A model generated the notes under the pieces. The model was not told the DNA's origin, did not search any database, and saw only the letters and a list, made by a program, of their open reading frames with translations. This document shows positions 24,910 through 39,863 of a stretch of DNA of 64,000 nucleotides, one piece after another (position 1 is the stretch's first letter; the number at the start of each line of letters is the position of its first letter). The stretch is from Octopus vulgaris (taxonomy: Eukaryota), in NCBI GenBank assembly GCA_951406725.2, contig OX597839.1, positions 22,506,001 through 22,570,000 of the forward strand, given 5' to 3'. Position numbers and translations under genes: made by a program.

Positions 24910-25443
24910 CTGAAAGGAAACATTCAGCCAAGAAGAAACTAAATTCTTGGATGTGAGATTTAAAGCCAACAATGACGACAGGTGAAAATGTTCAGGTGAA
25001 AATATTTGACAAAACCACGGAATTCTGTTGACTATTTCTGCAACAATTTCCATTACTATGGCTTCTCTTCTGTTTTAGAATCCATATAAATGAGATTTAC
25101 TCAAGTTTTTAATTGTTCCTAAATGAAGTAAGATGATTGTGTTTACCTTTAACGAGTATCTGATATCAACAGCTGCTACACTTTTAATTCACTTCCATTC
25201 CACAATATTTACTCTGGGCTTTACCACCACATACCCTAACCCCACTATTTCGAAGTACTGTTTAACCCCAGGACATCTCTGACCAAGCAGTGACCATCTT
25301 GTATTGTTGCATCTTTAGAGCTATGAAACCATTTTATCAAGAAGGTACGGTGTGATTTGAGGGAGACACGGCTGCTATTTTTAGCAGATGGACTCTCCCT
25401 AGTTGTCTTGTCTCATTTATAGTTGTTCCAGCAGGACACATAC

Positions 25444-25537
25444 CCCTGTCTTATACTATCCTGCCAAGTAGTACATCCACTTTTGTTCCACAAGAGTACC
25501 CAAGTACGGGTGTGGTACCCTATGCATGAAAGGTTCT
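25444..25537 (-). CDS. Candidate downstream exon of gene A (phase 2: EPFMHRVPHPYLGTLVEQKWMYYLAG*; phase 1: ENLSCIGYHTRTWVLLWNKSGCTTWQDSIRQG)
   Basis: Acceptor tttgtttgcttag|A and donor AGGG|GTATGT, in unique sequence. The reading frame is ambiguous. Confidence 0.5.
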
Positions 25538-25644
25538 CTAAGCAAACAAATTGAATAACGACTTTTCTGAAGAAAATCAAATTGTTATAAAACATGAACC
25601 CTGCCATTACAAACACCAGAAATCTGCCACAAATAACCACCATT

Positions 25645-25675
<31 letters not shown>

Positions 25676-26120
25676 GCAACAAAAACAGCTTTCAGGTGGT
25701 TACTAGAAATAGCAGCTAAATTTCCTCAAAAGTACTGGGTTTCTTTTTCCACAAAAAAGGATTGCCAGATCAGATAATGTAGTGATAGCTATGTAAGAAG
25801 ATGAGCTGGTCATGGCTGGAATGCTTTTGATCATCAGGTCTTAGAGTTTGGACCTGGGATTAAAGCATCAACAATATTTCAAAATAAGCAGGTGAAATGC
25901 CCCAACTGATGCAGCAGCAGCAGCAACAGTAGCAGCAGCAATAACCTATCCATCTTCTGCATTTGTTGCTAAGTTGAAATAACAGGAGTGAGAGGTGGGT
26001 TGCAAAGATGTAATTACATAAAAAAAAATACCAGTGTGTGTGTGTGTGTGTGTGCATATACATACACACACACACTCACACAGTTCTAAGCATGCACTTA
26101 TATATGTGTGTATGCATGAG

Positions 26121-26152
<32 letters not shown>

Positions 26153-26196
26153 CACACACACACGCACACACAGCCGTGTATGAATTTATGTATGTT

Positions 26197-26253
<57 letters not shown>

Positions 26254-26735
26254 TGTATATATATATATCTGTATATATATATATCTGTATATATATATAT
26301 ATATATATATCTGTATATGTATATATACATGCAGTGGTGGAAGTGGTGGGTGGGTGGGTGAGTGGAGGGATATGTTATCTTGAATGAGTGTAAGCAGAGG
26401 TGACTAATTCCTTCAGCAGTGGTTTGAAACCTGTTACATCCACACACCCACACACACACACCCACCCCATTCACTGTTTTCATTGATCTCACAACACTCC
26501 CCTTATTTATTTATTTATTTATTTCGTTATACAAAAAAACAACAACAACAACAAAAACAACACCCCACCCCACCCCCCAACATGCACATGCAGAGAAAAC
26601 CTCTGGCAATAAAAAAAACCAAAATCACTCAACACCCCCTCCGCTCCTCAACCTCCCAATTTTCACCATATGTCATTATCCAAAGCAATATAAGAATGGT
26701 GAGTCACCTTTTTCTGGCAAAACAAGGAAGTGGCG

Positions 26736-26769
<34 letters not shown>

Positions 26770-27208
26770 TGGTACAGGGAAGCATCATACAGAGAACAGG
26801 TAGAGGAGGAGGAGGAGGAGGAAGAAGAAGAAGAAGAGTTGTGTGGAGTCTAGTTTGGAAATGTTTGTAATTGCAAACAATAGGTGAGAATGTGTGGATG
26901 CATACCTGTCATAATATATCAGCAGAGACCAGCAAGATAAAAGACAATGTTTTGCTTCAACTTTGTACACCCGCCCATATATACACACACACATGTATAT
27001 ATGTGTGTGTGTGTGTGTGTGTGTGCGTATGTATGTATGTGTGTATATATATATATGTATGCATGTATACATATATATATATGTGTATGTATGGGTATAT
27101 ATATATGCATGTATACATATATATATATATATATGTGTATGTATGGGTAAATATATATATGTATGTATATATATATATGTATATATAAGTGTGTGTGTGT
27201 ATGTATGC

Positions 27209-27263
<55 letters not shown>

Positions 27264-28548
27264 TATATACATACATGCATACGTATAGATATATACATAC
27301 ACATACATATAACATATATACATACATCACATATACACACAATGGGCTTCTGTACAGTAAAAGTCAGTGACACTATGTGCCATGCAGTGGAATTGAGCAG
27401 GAAACCATGGGCTTGCAAAATAAACTCGTAAACCACACAGCCAAGCCTTGCACCTGTTTCATAGAGCAAGTTGTAGGGTGACTAGAAATAGGGGTGGAGA
27501 GGAGCAGAAATACCCGAAACATAGGATGGGCAGGTGAATGACAAAGGCCTCCCATTAACAGTTGATATATCTATTATCAAATATGATTTCTCTATGGCCT
27601 GTGCACATATATCTACGAATATAGATTAGTTACAGTGTTCATTAGAAATCTAGGCACATCGCAGCAGGTTAGGGATATAAACTAATTATGATACCTGCAT
27701 GAAATAACAGGGTTGTTTTGATCCCTTTGCTCCTAGAGTGTCCGTTATACTTCGCTGATTCCTCTATAAACCTAATTTTTGTTTTTTGTTTTATATAAAT
27801 ATCATTTATTCATTATATTGATTGTTGTACAGGTCATCATCGAGGTCTTACCTTGCCTGTTTATATGTGTTTAAAATTTTACCTGGGGATGGTGGATCTA
27901 TGCTGTGACGTGGTCTATGAATGCTTCAATAAAATGTTACTGAAACAGCTGTAGTAAATTTTAACCCATTTCTGTTCTTCATATAATGTGTGTGTGTGTG
28001 TATGTGTGTGTGTGTGTGTGCGTGCATGCATATATGTGTTGTGTGCATGTGCATGCATGTATGTGTGTGTGTGTGTGTGTAATGGGGTGTAGCTATTCCC
28101 CCCAAGCCCTGGTCCTTTTTCCATATTACAAGTTACTTGATGACCTCTCACAGGTGCTGGCGTCATGAAAAATGCACCCAGTCCACCCTGTAAAGTGGTT
28201 GGCATCAGGAAGGGCAGCCAACCAGACAAAACCAAGCCAAAGAGCTGAGACTGGAGCTTGGTGCAGTCCTGTGGCTTGCTGGGTCCTGTTAAAATGCCCA
28301 ACCCATGCCAGAATGGAAAACAGGCATTAAACGATAATGATATACACATAGCATAATTATAAAAATATAAAAACAATTATAAAAATAAATATTTCAAGTA
28401 TAATTATGAAAATATAAAAATATAATTATAAAAATATTTAACCCATTCTGTAAATATTAATTTAAACCATATGGTTTTTTTGTACATTGGCCATTGATAA
28501 CTCATTAATTAATGACTTTATCCTAATTAGGCATAAATAATTATGTCT

Positions 28549-28942
28549 AGGAGTGGGTGTGTGATAAGTAGCTTGCTTACGAACCATATGGTTCTGGGTT
28601 TAGTCTCACTGCGTGGCATCTTGGGCAAGTGTCTTCTGCTGTAGCCTCGGGCCGACCAAAGCCTTGTGAGTGGATTTGGTAGACAGAAACTGAAAGAAGC
28701 CCGTTGTATATATGTATATATATGTATGTGTGTGTATATGTTTGTGTACCTGTGTTTGTCCCCTAACATCATTTGACAACCGATGCTGGTGTGTTTACGT
28801 CCCCATAACTTAGTGGTTCGGCAAAAGAGACCGATAGAATAAGTACTGGGCTTATAAAGAATAAGTCCTGGGGTCGAGTTGCTCGACTAAAGGCAGTGCT
28901 CCAGCATGGCCACAGTCACATGATTGAAACAAGTAAAAGAGT
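28549..28942 (+). mobile_element. SINE family A copy
   Basis: Moderately diverged full-length copy. Confidence 0.85.
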
Positions 28943-30971
28943 GTGTGTGTGTGTTTGTGTTATGTCTTTTTATATTCCCTAACTGAGCAGTTCAACAAAT
29001 AGACTCCAATAGAGTAGCAGAATAAATATGCTTGATGGTGTTGCACCAGCATGGCCATGACCCAATGAGTGGAGTCAGTAAATATAAATATATAAAACGT
29101 AATATAAAAATTTCTAAACCACTGAATAAACAAAAGTAAAATTATTTAGGGACTGCAACGAGGAGAAGAAGAAGAAGTGTTTGCCATGGGTGCTCATTGC
29201 AGGGTTGCTGAAAATGCTGCAGGCTAAAAGGAGGTGGGGCCGAGTATATTACAACTTAGGGGTGACCCTTCAACTGGAGACTTGACCTCAATGCAAACAA
29301 GAGAGTGGGGGTCTCTCTTGGAGGTTCCAAGCGTCGATGTTAAAGCTTAATGATGCACTATCTTCCAAAAACAAAAGATGTGGAGTGTGGACCCTATTAA
29401 GGTTCAGGTGAGACTCAATCAGCACAGAAGAATCTGTAAGAGGCACCCAAGGGTTACTTGACGGTGCCAAACTTGGCAACAGCTCAAATTTACCACCCAA
29501 GAAGAGCAATGAGATAAGTTCACAGAATGCATGCGTATATGTGTGTGTGTGCGTGTTTGTGCGTGTGCATGAATGTATGTATACGTGTGTGAATATGTGT
29601 TATTAGAAATTCTTATCCAACATAAATAGATCGTTGTGCAAAGCAAAAATTAGATTTACATCAAAGAAAACAAAGAAGGAATTCCTTACGTGGCATTATT
29701 TCTGAGAGAAAAATCTTAAAAATGTTGAATAGTTTGCATCTTAAGAGATAAAAGATTGGATTTTAAACAGGGATCTTATGAGGGGGTGGAGTGAATATGA
29801 GAATGGTTGGACATCTTTGATATCAGATATTATAGATAATAAAAGAACAAGGCTTTGGGAACAGTAACTATTTTTGGTGTACCACCAGTTCTTTCTTACC
29901 CCTAACTACTTCCCCCTATTCTGTTAGAAGACATTATCTAGAAACAAGTCTTCCCTACATTTCCTTTTACAAGAAAATAGGTTACGACTATCAGAAGAAC
30001 TGATAACTTACATTTCTCACATATACGGTAGGAATCTAATAATTAGCACCTACAATCACAGGTAATCTATACACACACCACATATATACCACATGGGATG
30101 TATATTCTTTATGTATAGAATATAAATTTGATTATTATTATCATTATCAATCATTACTACAGATATTTTATATTCATTATATAGCAGCATTTCATCCACC
30201 TTCACGTTGTGAGTTCAAATTCCTTTCTGGTCAGGTGTGAGGGCTGATGTCAGGTCAGGTGTGAGGGCATGTGCTGTTGCAGTGGATTGCTGCATTCACC
30301 ATTTGTTGGTGTATTCCCAGGATCTCCCAGGTGATACATGCTCCCATTCAAAGGTGGAACATTGCTATTGAGAGAAACGTTGACTTATGTTGAGAAGTAG
30401 GGATGTGATCCAGAGAGGACCAGCTTCATTTTATATATATATATATATATAAACTATTATTATTATTATTGGTGAGCTGGCAGAATCATAAACACGCTGG
30501 GCAAAATGCTTAGCAGCATTTCAGTCACCTGCATGTTGTGAGTTCAAATTCCTATCAGGTCAACTCTGCCTTTTATCCTTTAGGGGTCAATAAAGTAAGT
30601 ATCAACTGAATAGTGGGGTCAATGCAATTGATTTACCCACTCACCCAAATTTTCTGGCCTTGTGCCAAAATTTGAAACCATTATTATTATTATTATTATT
30701 ATTATTGGTGAACTGGCAGAATTGTTAGCATGCTGAGAAAAAGACTTAGCAGCATTTCGCCTGTCGCTACGTTCTGAGTTCAAATTCTGCCGAGGTCGAC
30801 TTTGCTTTTCATCCATTCAGGGTCAATAAATCAAGTACCAGTGAAACACTGGGGTCAATGTAATCGATTAGTCTCCTCCCACAAAATTTCAGGCCTGGTG
30901 ACTATAGTAGAAAGGCTCATCATCATCATCATCGTAGTATGCTACATAATAACTTTGTCCATCTGTTGTAG

Positions 30972-31361
30972 ATACTCTTTTACTTGTTTCAGTCATTTGA
31001 CTGCGGCCATGCTGGAGCACCGCCTTTAGTCGATCAAATCGACCCCGGGACTTATTCTTTGTAAGCCCAGTACTTATTCTATCGGTCGCTTTTGCCGAAC
31101 CGCTAAGTAACGGGGACATAAACACACCAGCATCGGTTGTCAAGCAATGCTAGGGGGACAAACACACACATACACATATATATACATATATATACATATA
31201 TACGACGGGCTTCTTTCAGTTTCCGTCTACCAAATCCACTCACAAGGCATTGGTCGGTCCGAGGCTATAGCAGAAGACACTTGCCCAAGATGCCACACAG
31301 TGGGACTGAACCCGGAACCATGTGGTTGGTAGACAAGCTACTTACCACACAGCCACTCCTG
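30972..31361 (-). mobile_element. SINE family A copy
   Basis: Near-identical copy. Confidence 0.9.
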
Positions 31362-34020
31362 CTTATTTTTTTTTGTTTTTGTAAACTGGAAAGCTAGATG
31401 TGTGCAGCTGGAAAGCAAGGAATGATGCAAGAACAATGTCTAAGTGGAATAATCTGTGCTAATAATGGCCAGGCCTCCAAGAGACTGTTGAGACCAACAG
31501 GGTTAATCTAATTCATGAACAGCTGCAGGAAACGGATGAATTGTTGGGAAATTGCTAAAAGAAAGACCCGGGCCAAATAGTTAGTGGTGAACCAGCCAAG
31601 TGATGGTGGCCACGGCACATTCCAATAACTGGTGATGGTCCTCATCCAACACACACACACACACACATTCCACATTTAGTGTTTCTCACTTCCACATCAT
31701 CCTGAGTAATCTTGTACTCGTTAAGTACACTAGTTTCTGCTCACTCCTTCTCTCAGAACTACGATTCTCTAACTTCTGGGATTAACAGATATATTTTCAT
31801 TATGGGAAGATGCCAAATGACCATTAAGCTCTTCTGTGAGCCTGACTCTCTAACCACTGAACCATGCACCTTCATGCATAATAAAATAACTTTGTTATTA
31901 TTAAGCAGATAGTTTGGAGCATTCATAGAAGCAGAGGCAGTTCTGGGTAGATTGGTATGAAAAAGTCAGTATTAACCAAACTCTTATTATGCATGTGTGT
32001 ACGTGGATATAAATGCTGGTAGAAATGCATTTACTGCAGCGGCCTTTAGAAAGAATTTATTCAGCAATATTTACCAGTTATAAAAACCATTAAAAATATG
32101 TGGAATATATTTTTAAAAAAAAAGACTAAAATAACAAAAAACAACAAAAAAACAACCCCCAAAAAATGTATTCATCAGCAAAATATGAATTCTTTCAGAG
32201 TCCAGAGTGAGTCAGAGACAGAAATTTGGATTCAGAAATGACAGCCCATTTAATTGTGGTGTAATTAACTCTAAATGATTCAGCAAACAAAGGAACACCC
32301 TGTTACTTACTGAATCCAGTGTATATATATATATATATATACACAAGCAGGACAATTAAATACACTCGTTTGTTTGGGGGTTTTCTTTTCTTTTTTTTTG
32401 TGATGTGTTGGCCATCTCCAGATACAAATGTGCACACTGACAGATGCACTTTCACATGTGTGCACCAATTAACCATTCTTAAACAAAATCTAAAACAAAC
32501 AAACCACAAATACAAACAATTTTTGGAAAGTGGTTATGAAAATAAAGAGCAAATTCTCGTACAGAACCACCTCGTTAACTAATGAGAATGGAATGTCTGT
32601 GTATGTGTGTCTAAACAACATTTTACGACCCCCTACTTTGGGGGATAATTCAGTTTTAATTTACTTATTACATCCACCTCTTGTACTCCTCTTCCCCCCC
32701 CCCCCCGCCCCCCATAACTTCACATTCTGCTGTTTTTATTTACAGAACCATAACAAATTTTAGGATTTTCAAGTAGAGTCTGTAAAAGCCAGGCTCTTAA
32801 TCATCATCAGTCATTAATCAAAACCGACTAACAATATTGTTTATACTATTTTTCATTTAACTAAAATATAGTGTGAAGGTGCATGGCTTAGTGGTTAGGG
32901 ACATTTAACTCACAACTGTAAGGTCGTGAGTTCAATTCCTGGTGGTGCATTGTGTCCTTGAGCAAGACACTTTATTCCACATTGTTCCAGACCACTCAGC
33001 TGGCAAAAATGAGCTGTACCTGTAATTCAATGGGGGCCAGCCTTGTCACATTCTGTGTCTCACAATCTCCTTGAGAACTACATTAACGGTATGTGCGTTT
33101 GTGGAGTACTCAGCCACTTGCATCTTAATTTCACGAGCAGGCTATTCCATTGATTGGATCAACTGGAACACTGTCGTAAACGAGGGAATGCCAGTTAAAA
33201 TGTTAGGGCTGTGCATTTAAGGAGCTTCCTTTGCAACCACCTAATTCTGAGTTCAATCTCAACCTGTGTGTCCCCTTGGGTAGGGCTAGGGTTCATTTGA
33301 CCAATGCCTAGTTAGTTATAATTTTGTAGATGAAAACTGTGAGGAAGATTGTAAGGGAGGTGGTCTGATTCTTGGAAGACTTCAGCTGTTCCCCTAATTT
33401 AACGACATCCCCCTCCTGGGCCTTGGGTGCCTTTAACAAGGCCCACTCTCTAGGAAACATTCGGGTCGAAAATCTTCCCCCTTTCCTCTTATCATATCCA
33501 AATTCACCCCATCCCCACCGAAAATGGTCAACAGTGCTATCGTAACTCCTCTTCCTTAGTGAACAGATAAAAATAAAATGAAAAAAACGGGTGAAACGGA
33601 AGATAATTTCCAGTTAATAATAATTCTTGGTAATCTTTTAGAGATAAAAGTGAACATGTGTGATGTCAATCTATTATCAAGTTAGGGTGAGGGCTAAGTA
33701 TATTGTGTCACACTGATCTATAGCTGGGTCATAACAAATGGAGACGCATTCTTAAAACTGACATTCAGTTCTATAAATCAGTGTTTCTCAACCAGGGTCT
33801 CCACCCCACCCCGGAACCCTAGGATTCCAAGGGATTCCATGAGAAAGAGTGAGATAAGCTGATGCTAATTTCATGATCCTAATATTACGATACATGCACA
33901 ACATATCATTGGTTATTGTAATATTGTAATGTAGACATCATCCTGTCTAACCTGTTATGTAATCAAAAAGAATATAACGACCCTTAGGGACATATTTAGT
34001 GATGTCTGTAATTTATGGAC

Positions 34021-34052
<32 letters not shown>

Positions 34053-35612
34053 GATATATATAAATATGTGTGTGTGTATATATATATATCCCATGCCAGT
34101 GGCATGTAAAAAGCACCATCTGAACGTGGACGATGCCAGTTCTTCCTGTGCCGGTGGCATGTAAAAAGCACTCGCCCAAAATTGCAGTCCTTGTGCCTAA
34201 ATTTGAAACCAGTATTTGAATTGAGGTGGGACGATAGCTTTTGCAAGGAACCTTCGATGTGATTGTTCGATCTGCTAGATATAACAATGAAATCTCCCTC
34301 AAATATAAAAAATTAATAAACAAAAAATAAGGATGTTTGAAAATCTAGTCTTAGTTGGGATGGTCATGGCTGGGAGGATTTCCATTGTAGGCCTGCTTAC
34401 TGATTTTGGATTAAAGGGTTAAGCAATAACATTGAGAATTTTTACACAAATCTCCAAATTCTTTATCATAATGTTATCAGCCAGGCAGACTGTGGCTTTG
34501 TCTCAAAAGCAGGGGGAAAAAATCATTAATAAAGACTGATTAACAATTGTTCCACTAACGAACACAATGGCAATTAAAATGGTTGGGACTAAATTGCTTC
34601 TATGTGCTTGCTTGATTTGCTAAAAATAGCAGCTATATCTCCCTCAAATCACAACTCACCATCTTAAAACAAGGACATGAACAATATGGTTCTCAGTTCA
34701 CTGAATAGGTGAGATGGTCATGGTTAGAAAGCCTTTCATTTTAAGTCTGCTTAAACAGAGTTGGTTCAGAGCCATACAACAACACATAAAACCAATTATA
34801 ATTCTTTTATGATGACTAATTAACTTTATTTTTAATGAGAAAAGATTTTCCAAATATTCACAACAATTCTTATATTTCGGTTAAATAATGTCTGATGATC
34901 AAGAGTTGTGTTGTTGGATGTGAGAAAAACAAGAGGCTGGATTAGAACCAGGAACCCTTAGATGGAAAAGAAAAAGGGGCTGTAATGTTGTTTGTTTAGA
35001 AATAAAGAGGGAGGGCATACTAAGAAGGCTTGGATAAGTGTGGTTAGTGTTGAGGTCAGATGAGGGAGGTAAATACAATGTTGGGGTTTGGGTGAGTTGG
35101 TGGTGCTAAGTAAATATGGCATAAGGAGAGGGGAGGAGGTAATGGCCCCTGGGTGGAAAGGGCATGAGGAGATAAACAGGATGAGAGAGAAGTGATGAGT
35201 GAGTTGGGTCCTGTTTGACTAGGGTATGTGACCAGCCACTTGTGAAGAATAAGGACCACTGCAGTATCAGTAGAGGGGTGGGGAGAGAGAGAGACAGAGA
35301 GGGGGTAGCCATGTGTGGCTGAGAGGTTGGAGGTGTGTTGGTGAGCAACTCCATCATCATTATCAGTTAGGTGGTCTTTAAGTGTTTATAGGTAGTGGCT
35401 CTCAAACCAACAAATACTAAACCCCCACCCCCACCGCCACCACCACCACCAATAACAACACCCTTTGTCACCATAGAAATATTAGTGAAATCCTCAGCCC
35501 CTATTTAATTCTCCTTTCATTTTTGTCTTTGGAGTTTTGAACAAATTTTAAAAGTTCAAAACCATCTGAAATTTTTTCTTAACTGTTTAACATTCAGGTT
35601 TCTCTGTCGAAT

Positions 35613-35900
35613 ATAAATAATAATAATAATAATAATAATTGTGTACAGTGCTCAGGTGCACTACAACTCATCGAAAGTGTATATATAGTCAGGTGTAGTT
35701 TCGGCGGATTTCGGAAAGCATGAGGGCCTTAAAGGATGCAGTGTCATGGCAGTCAACAACTGACGCAGGCAGTTTATTCCATGCTTCAGCAACTCGGAGC
35801 GTGAAAAAATGTTTCCGAAAGTCATGGGAGCTGTGTTGTTTTCTGACTTTGTAGGCATGTCCACGTGTGTTAGACACATGGAGATCAAAAAGGTGTTCAG
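35613..35900 (-). mobile_element. CR1-clade LINE 3' end
   Basis: TRGHAYKVRK...RKHFFTLRVAEAWNKLPASVV...FK matches the CR1 ORF2 C-terminus; (ATT)n tail. Confidence 0.88.
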
Positions 35901-36400
35901 TGTTGTTGTTGTTGGTGAACTTATCTATTCACATTGCTTAGAATTGGTCAGAGATTTATCTCTTGGCTTTGAGATTTCAATGATGAGATTGCTTATTTTC
36001 AGAATGTTAATCAAGGACAGGTGTGAAAGGCCAAATTTAACCACTTTGAGCATAAAACAGGAAGAATATTTTGGTCAGATACGGGCCAACTCAACCCTTT
36101 AGCATCCAAATTATTTAGTCAAATCTAATCCTTATTTACTCACATTGTTTTCAATTAATCCTGCATTATCTCATAGCTTTAAGATTTCAATGATGTGATT
36201 GTTCATTTTTACAATGACATTGCAGGATAGGTGTGAGAGACCAGATCTGGCCAGTTTGAACATAAAATGGGTAGAATATAATAAGCACCAGATATGGCTG
36301 ATTCAACCCTTTACCATTCCGATTATTCTGTCAAATGTAATCCTTATTTTCAATCAGTTGTGAATTATCTCAGCGCTTTGAGATTTCAATGATGGAATTT

Positions 36401-36812
36401 TACTCTTTTTACTCTTTTACTTGTTTCAGTCATTTGACTGTGGCCATGCTGGAGCACCGCCTTTAGTCGAGCAAATCGACCCCAGGACTTATTCTTTGTA
36501 AGCCCAGTACTTATTCTATCGGTCTCTTATGCTGAACCGCTAAGTGACGGGGACATAAACACACCAGCATCGGTTGTCAAGCAATGCTTGGGGGACAAAC
36601 ACAGACACACACACATTAAACACACACATACATATATATATATATATACATATATACGACAGGCTTCTTTCAGTTTCCGTCTACCAAATCCACTCACAAG
36701 GCATTGGTCGGCCCGGGGCTATAGCAGAAGACACTTGCCCAAGATGCCACGCAGTGGGACTGAACCCGGAACCATGTGGTTGGTTAGCAAGCTACTTACC
36801 ACACAGCCACTC
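36401..36812 (-). mobile_element. SINE family A copy
   Basis: Near-identical copy. Confidence 0.9.
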
Positions 36813-36829
36813 GTTTATTTAGAGTAGAA

Positions 36830-36998
36830 AATCAAGAGTCAGGCAAAGACTACAATGGATGGACAATGTGAAGTGCTGGCTGGACAGGAGTGGCAGCAAG
36901 GCAGCAGGAGAACTGGCGCTTAATTAAGGAGACTTTTATAGTAGAGTCGCCATTGTGCCGCAAGCATAGGATACACAATGATGATGATGATGATGATG
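36830..36998 (+). mobile_element. RTE-like LINE 3' end
   Basis: RQRLQWMDNVK...AARQQENWR motif followed by a (TGA)n tail. Confidence 0.6.
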
Positions 36999-37116
36999 GC
37001 AGAGGTGAGAGGCTGGATCTGGCCAGTTTGAACTTAAAGCAAGTAGAATATGGACAGTTTAAATGCTACAGGGTTAAACATCTTGGATTGTCCTCCTCCT
37101 TTCTAAATCCTTACAG

Positions 37117-37170
37117 GAACTCTTGGGAGAGAAGGGTTTGCTGCCACTCCCTTCAAACACTGATCTAAAG
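37117..37170 (+). CDS. Candidate 54-nt symmetric internal exon (ELLGEKGLLPLPSNTDLK)
   Basis: Strong acceptor tcctcctcctttctaaatccttacag|G and strong donor AAG|GTATGT. Only phase 0 is open. Confidence 0.55.
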
Positions 37171-37776
37171 GTATGTTTTGTCTGTATAACAACAGCTCTG
37201 TCTCAGATGTAGGGTCAGTGTGCCATGGCAAGTGTGTCACAACTCCAGAGCATACTCAGCCCTACACTCCAAGGTCAACTTGGTTATTCATCCTTCCACG
37301 GTTGATAAAAAAAAAAAAAAACTCATTAGGCCATCAGACAAAATACCATCTGTTATTCATTCCAGCTCTTAATGTCCTGGGTTCAAATTCTTCCGAGGTA
37401 AATTTTGCCTTTCATCCTTCCAGGGTCAATAAGATAACATACCAGTGATGCACTGGGGTCAATGACATTGACTAAGCACCCCACACTTCAGACCTTGGAC
37501 CAATACTAAAAACCAGTTATTGGAAACCTCGTTAATATAACTTGTTCATTTGCAAAACTTGTCCTTCATTAAAAAGAGATAAAGTTGTAGTTGTTTAGTT
37601 TTCACTTCATTTCAACTGATTATGGATCAAAGACATTCCAGTCGTGGCCATCACACCATTTTTCTTTCAGCAATAATGTGCTAATATTACATTATTTAAT
37701 GTTAGATTTATCTAAAGGTTTGTTTGATGAGCTGATGTCTAGGACCTCAAAATCTAGGGGCCCTCCAGTCAGAACT

Positions 37777-38547
37777 TGACCCTTTAGCATTTAAACTGGC
37801 CATATCCGACCCAAATATTGTTCTATGTTCAAATCTGCCAGATTTGGCCTTTCACACATACTCCACAATGTCATTCTAGAAATAAACGATCAGATTCATG
37901 AACATTTTGTAGCCCTGAGATAATCCATGATTAATTCAAAACAATGTGAATAAAGAAGCATTAATATTTGAGAGACGAATCTGAATGCTAAACTGTTAAT
38001 GGCTCTGAGACTGTCGTAGACCTACCCTTTCGTGACCAACCCGGCTGAAACCGGCTCTGACTCTGTACTACAAATGTCTTGTTTTCATAAATTTTGAATA
38101 AAAATCTTCCACCAAACCTCAGTCACAATTTACGTTCTGAATGATAACTAAGTTACTTTACTAAATTCTTTGTTATATTTAAAATTAATTGAAAAAAACT
38201 CAGAGCATCTCAACAAGAATATGGTAACAAAAGGGTTAACGACAGTCAGTCAAATGTGCCTTCAATTTGCACAAGATTTGGCTGCTATTTTTAACAAGTA
38301 AAACAAAATCTGCAAATTAACCCTTTTGATACCAACCTGGCTGAAACTGCCTCTGGCTCTGTAGTACAAATGTCTTGCTTTCAAAAGTTCTGAATTAAAA
38401 TCTTCCGCCAAGCCTTAGTCACAATTTATGTTCCTAACACCAGCTGAATTGATATAACTAAGTTATTTTACTAAATTCTTTGTTATATTTAAAGTAATTG
38501 AAAGAAAAACAGTGCATCTCAAAATAAATACAGTAATGAAAGGGTTG
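37777..38547. mobile_element. Cluster of three TTAA/CCCTT MITEs from two families
   Basis: Copies at 37777-37999, 38024-38239 and 38317-38547. The second family also occurs inverted at 4499-4726. Confidence 0.75.
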
Positions 38548-38844
38548 TAATCTCTCTTCATCTAAATCTGATACTGACAGTAGTAAAGTGTGATTTAAGG
38601 GGAAACTCGACTGTTATTTCTAGCAGATCAGATGACTACGTGGAGGCACGCTGGTTGCTCGGCTTGAAGTCCAGACTTTGAGAAAGAGAGAGAGAGAGAG
38701 TGGGGATGGTGGAGAGGAAGAGAACAAACAATGTTTTGTAAATACAATTAAACAAGTCCGTTTGTCAAGAAGACAAACAAGAAGGATGTGAAAGTTGTAA
38801 ATACACAGACGGATCCTCTCTCGGCCTTTCTGTGCTCAATACAT

Positions 38845-38879
<35 letters not shown>

Positions 38880-39246
38880 TGTATATACAGAGACATGTAT
38901 GTACAGATGCATGTATGCATTTATGTATACTAAAAAACCATTTAATAAATATTTCTGGATTTATCAGAAAATCGTATTTTGATTCACGTCAAAATTTTTT
39001 AAAAAGAATCAACAGAAGTTCTCTCTGCAAAACGTTTCCCCTCTTTCCCTCTCCCTCCCCCCCCGTCTCTCTCTCTGTCTTTCTTTTTCTTTTTCCTTTT
39101 CTTTAATATTGTTTGTTAATGTTATTGTTTGCTGAAATCGAATCAAGGTCAGCGAAGCGTGGCTTTTAAGGTGTGATGGGGGGGGGGGGGAGAGAGAAAT
39201 AATTGGTTTTTATTTCTTTTGGTGGGAAGACGTAAGAGAAAGAAGG

Positions 39247-39863
39247 GAACACACACACACACACACACACATACATTGACAAACAACACACACACACACA
39301 CATACATTGACAACCAACACACACACACACACATACATTGACAACCAACACACACACACACACATACATTGACAAAACACACACACACACACACACATAC
39401 ATGCATACACATATAAACATCACACACACACATACATGCATACACATATAAACATCACACACACACACACACATACATGCATACACATATAAACATCACA
39501 CACACACACACACATACATGCATACACATATAAACATCACACACACACATACATGCATACACATATAAACATCACACACACACACATACACGCATACACA
39601 TATAAACATCACACACACACACACACACATACACGCATACACATATAAACATCACACACACATACTCATATAGAAATAAAAAACACACACCCTGAACCAA
39701 ATCCAGACAAAATGGAACAAACGAAAATGTGGAACGATCTTAGACGACTTTGTAAGGTTACATACTCATATAGAAATAAAAACACACACCCTGAACCAAA
39801 TCCAGACAAAATGGAACAAACGAAAATGTGGAACGATCTTAGACGACTTTGTAAGGTTACATA
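39247..39863. repeat. (CA)n-based compound minisatellite followed by a direct tandem duplication of about 100 bp
   Basis: Spacer motifs catacattgacaa (4 times) and catacacatataaacat (about 8 times). 39660-39760 is repeated at 39760-39863. Confidence 0.93.

Noticed and set aside
29288-29509. 73-aa minus-strand ORF
   Set aside because: No compatible donor before the stop; more likely an old retroelement fragment.
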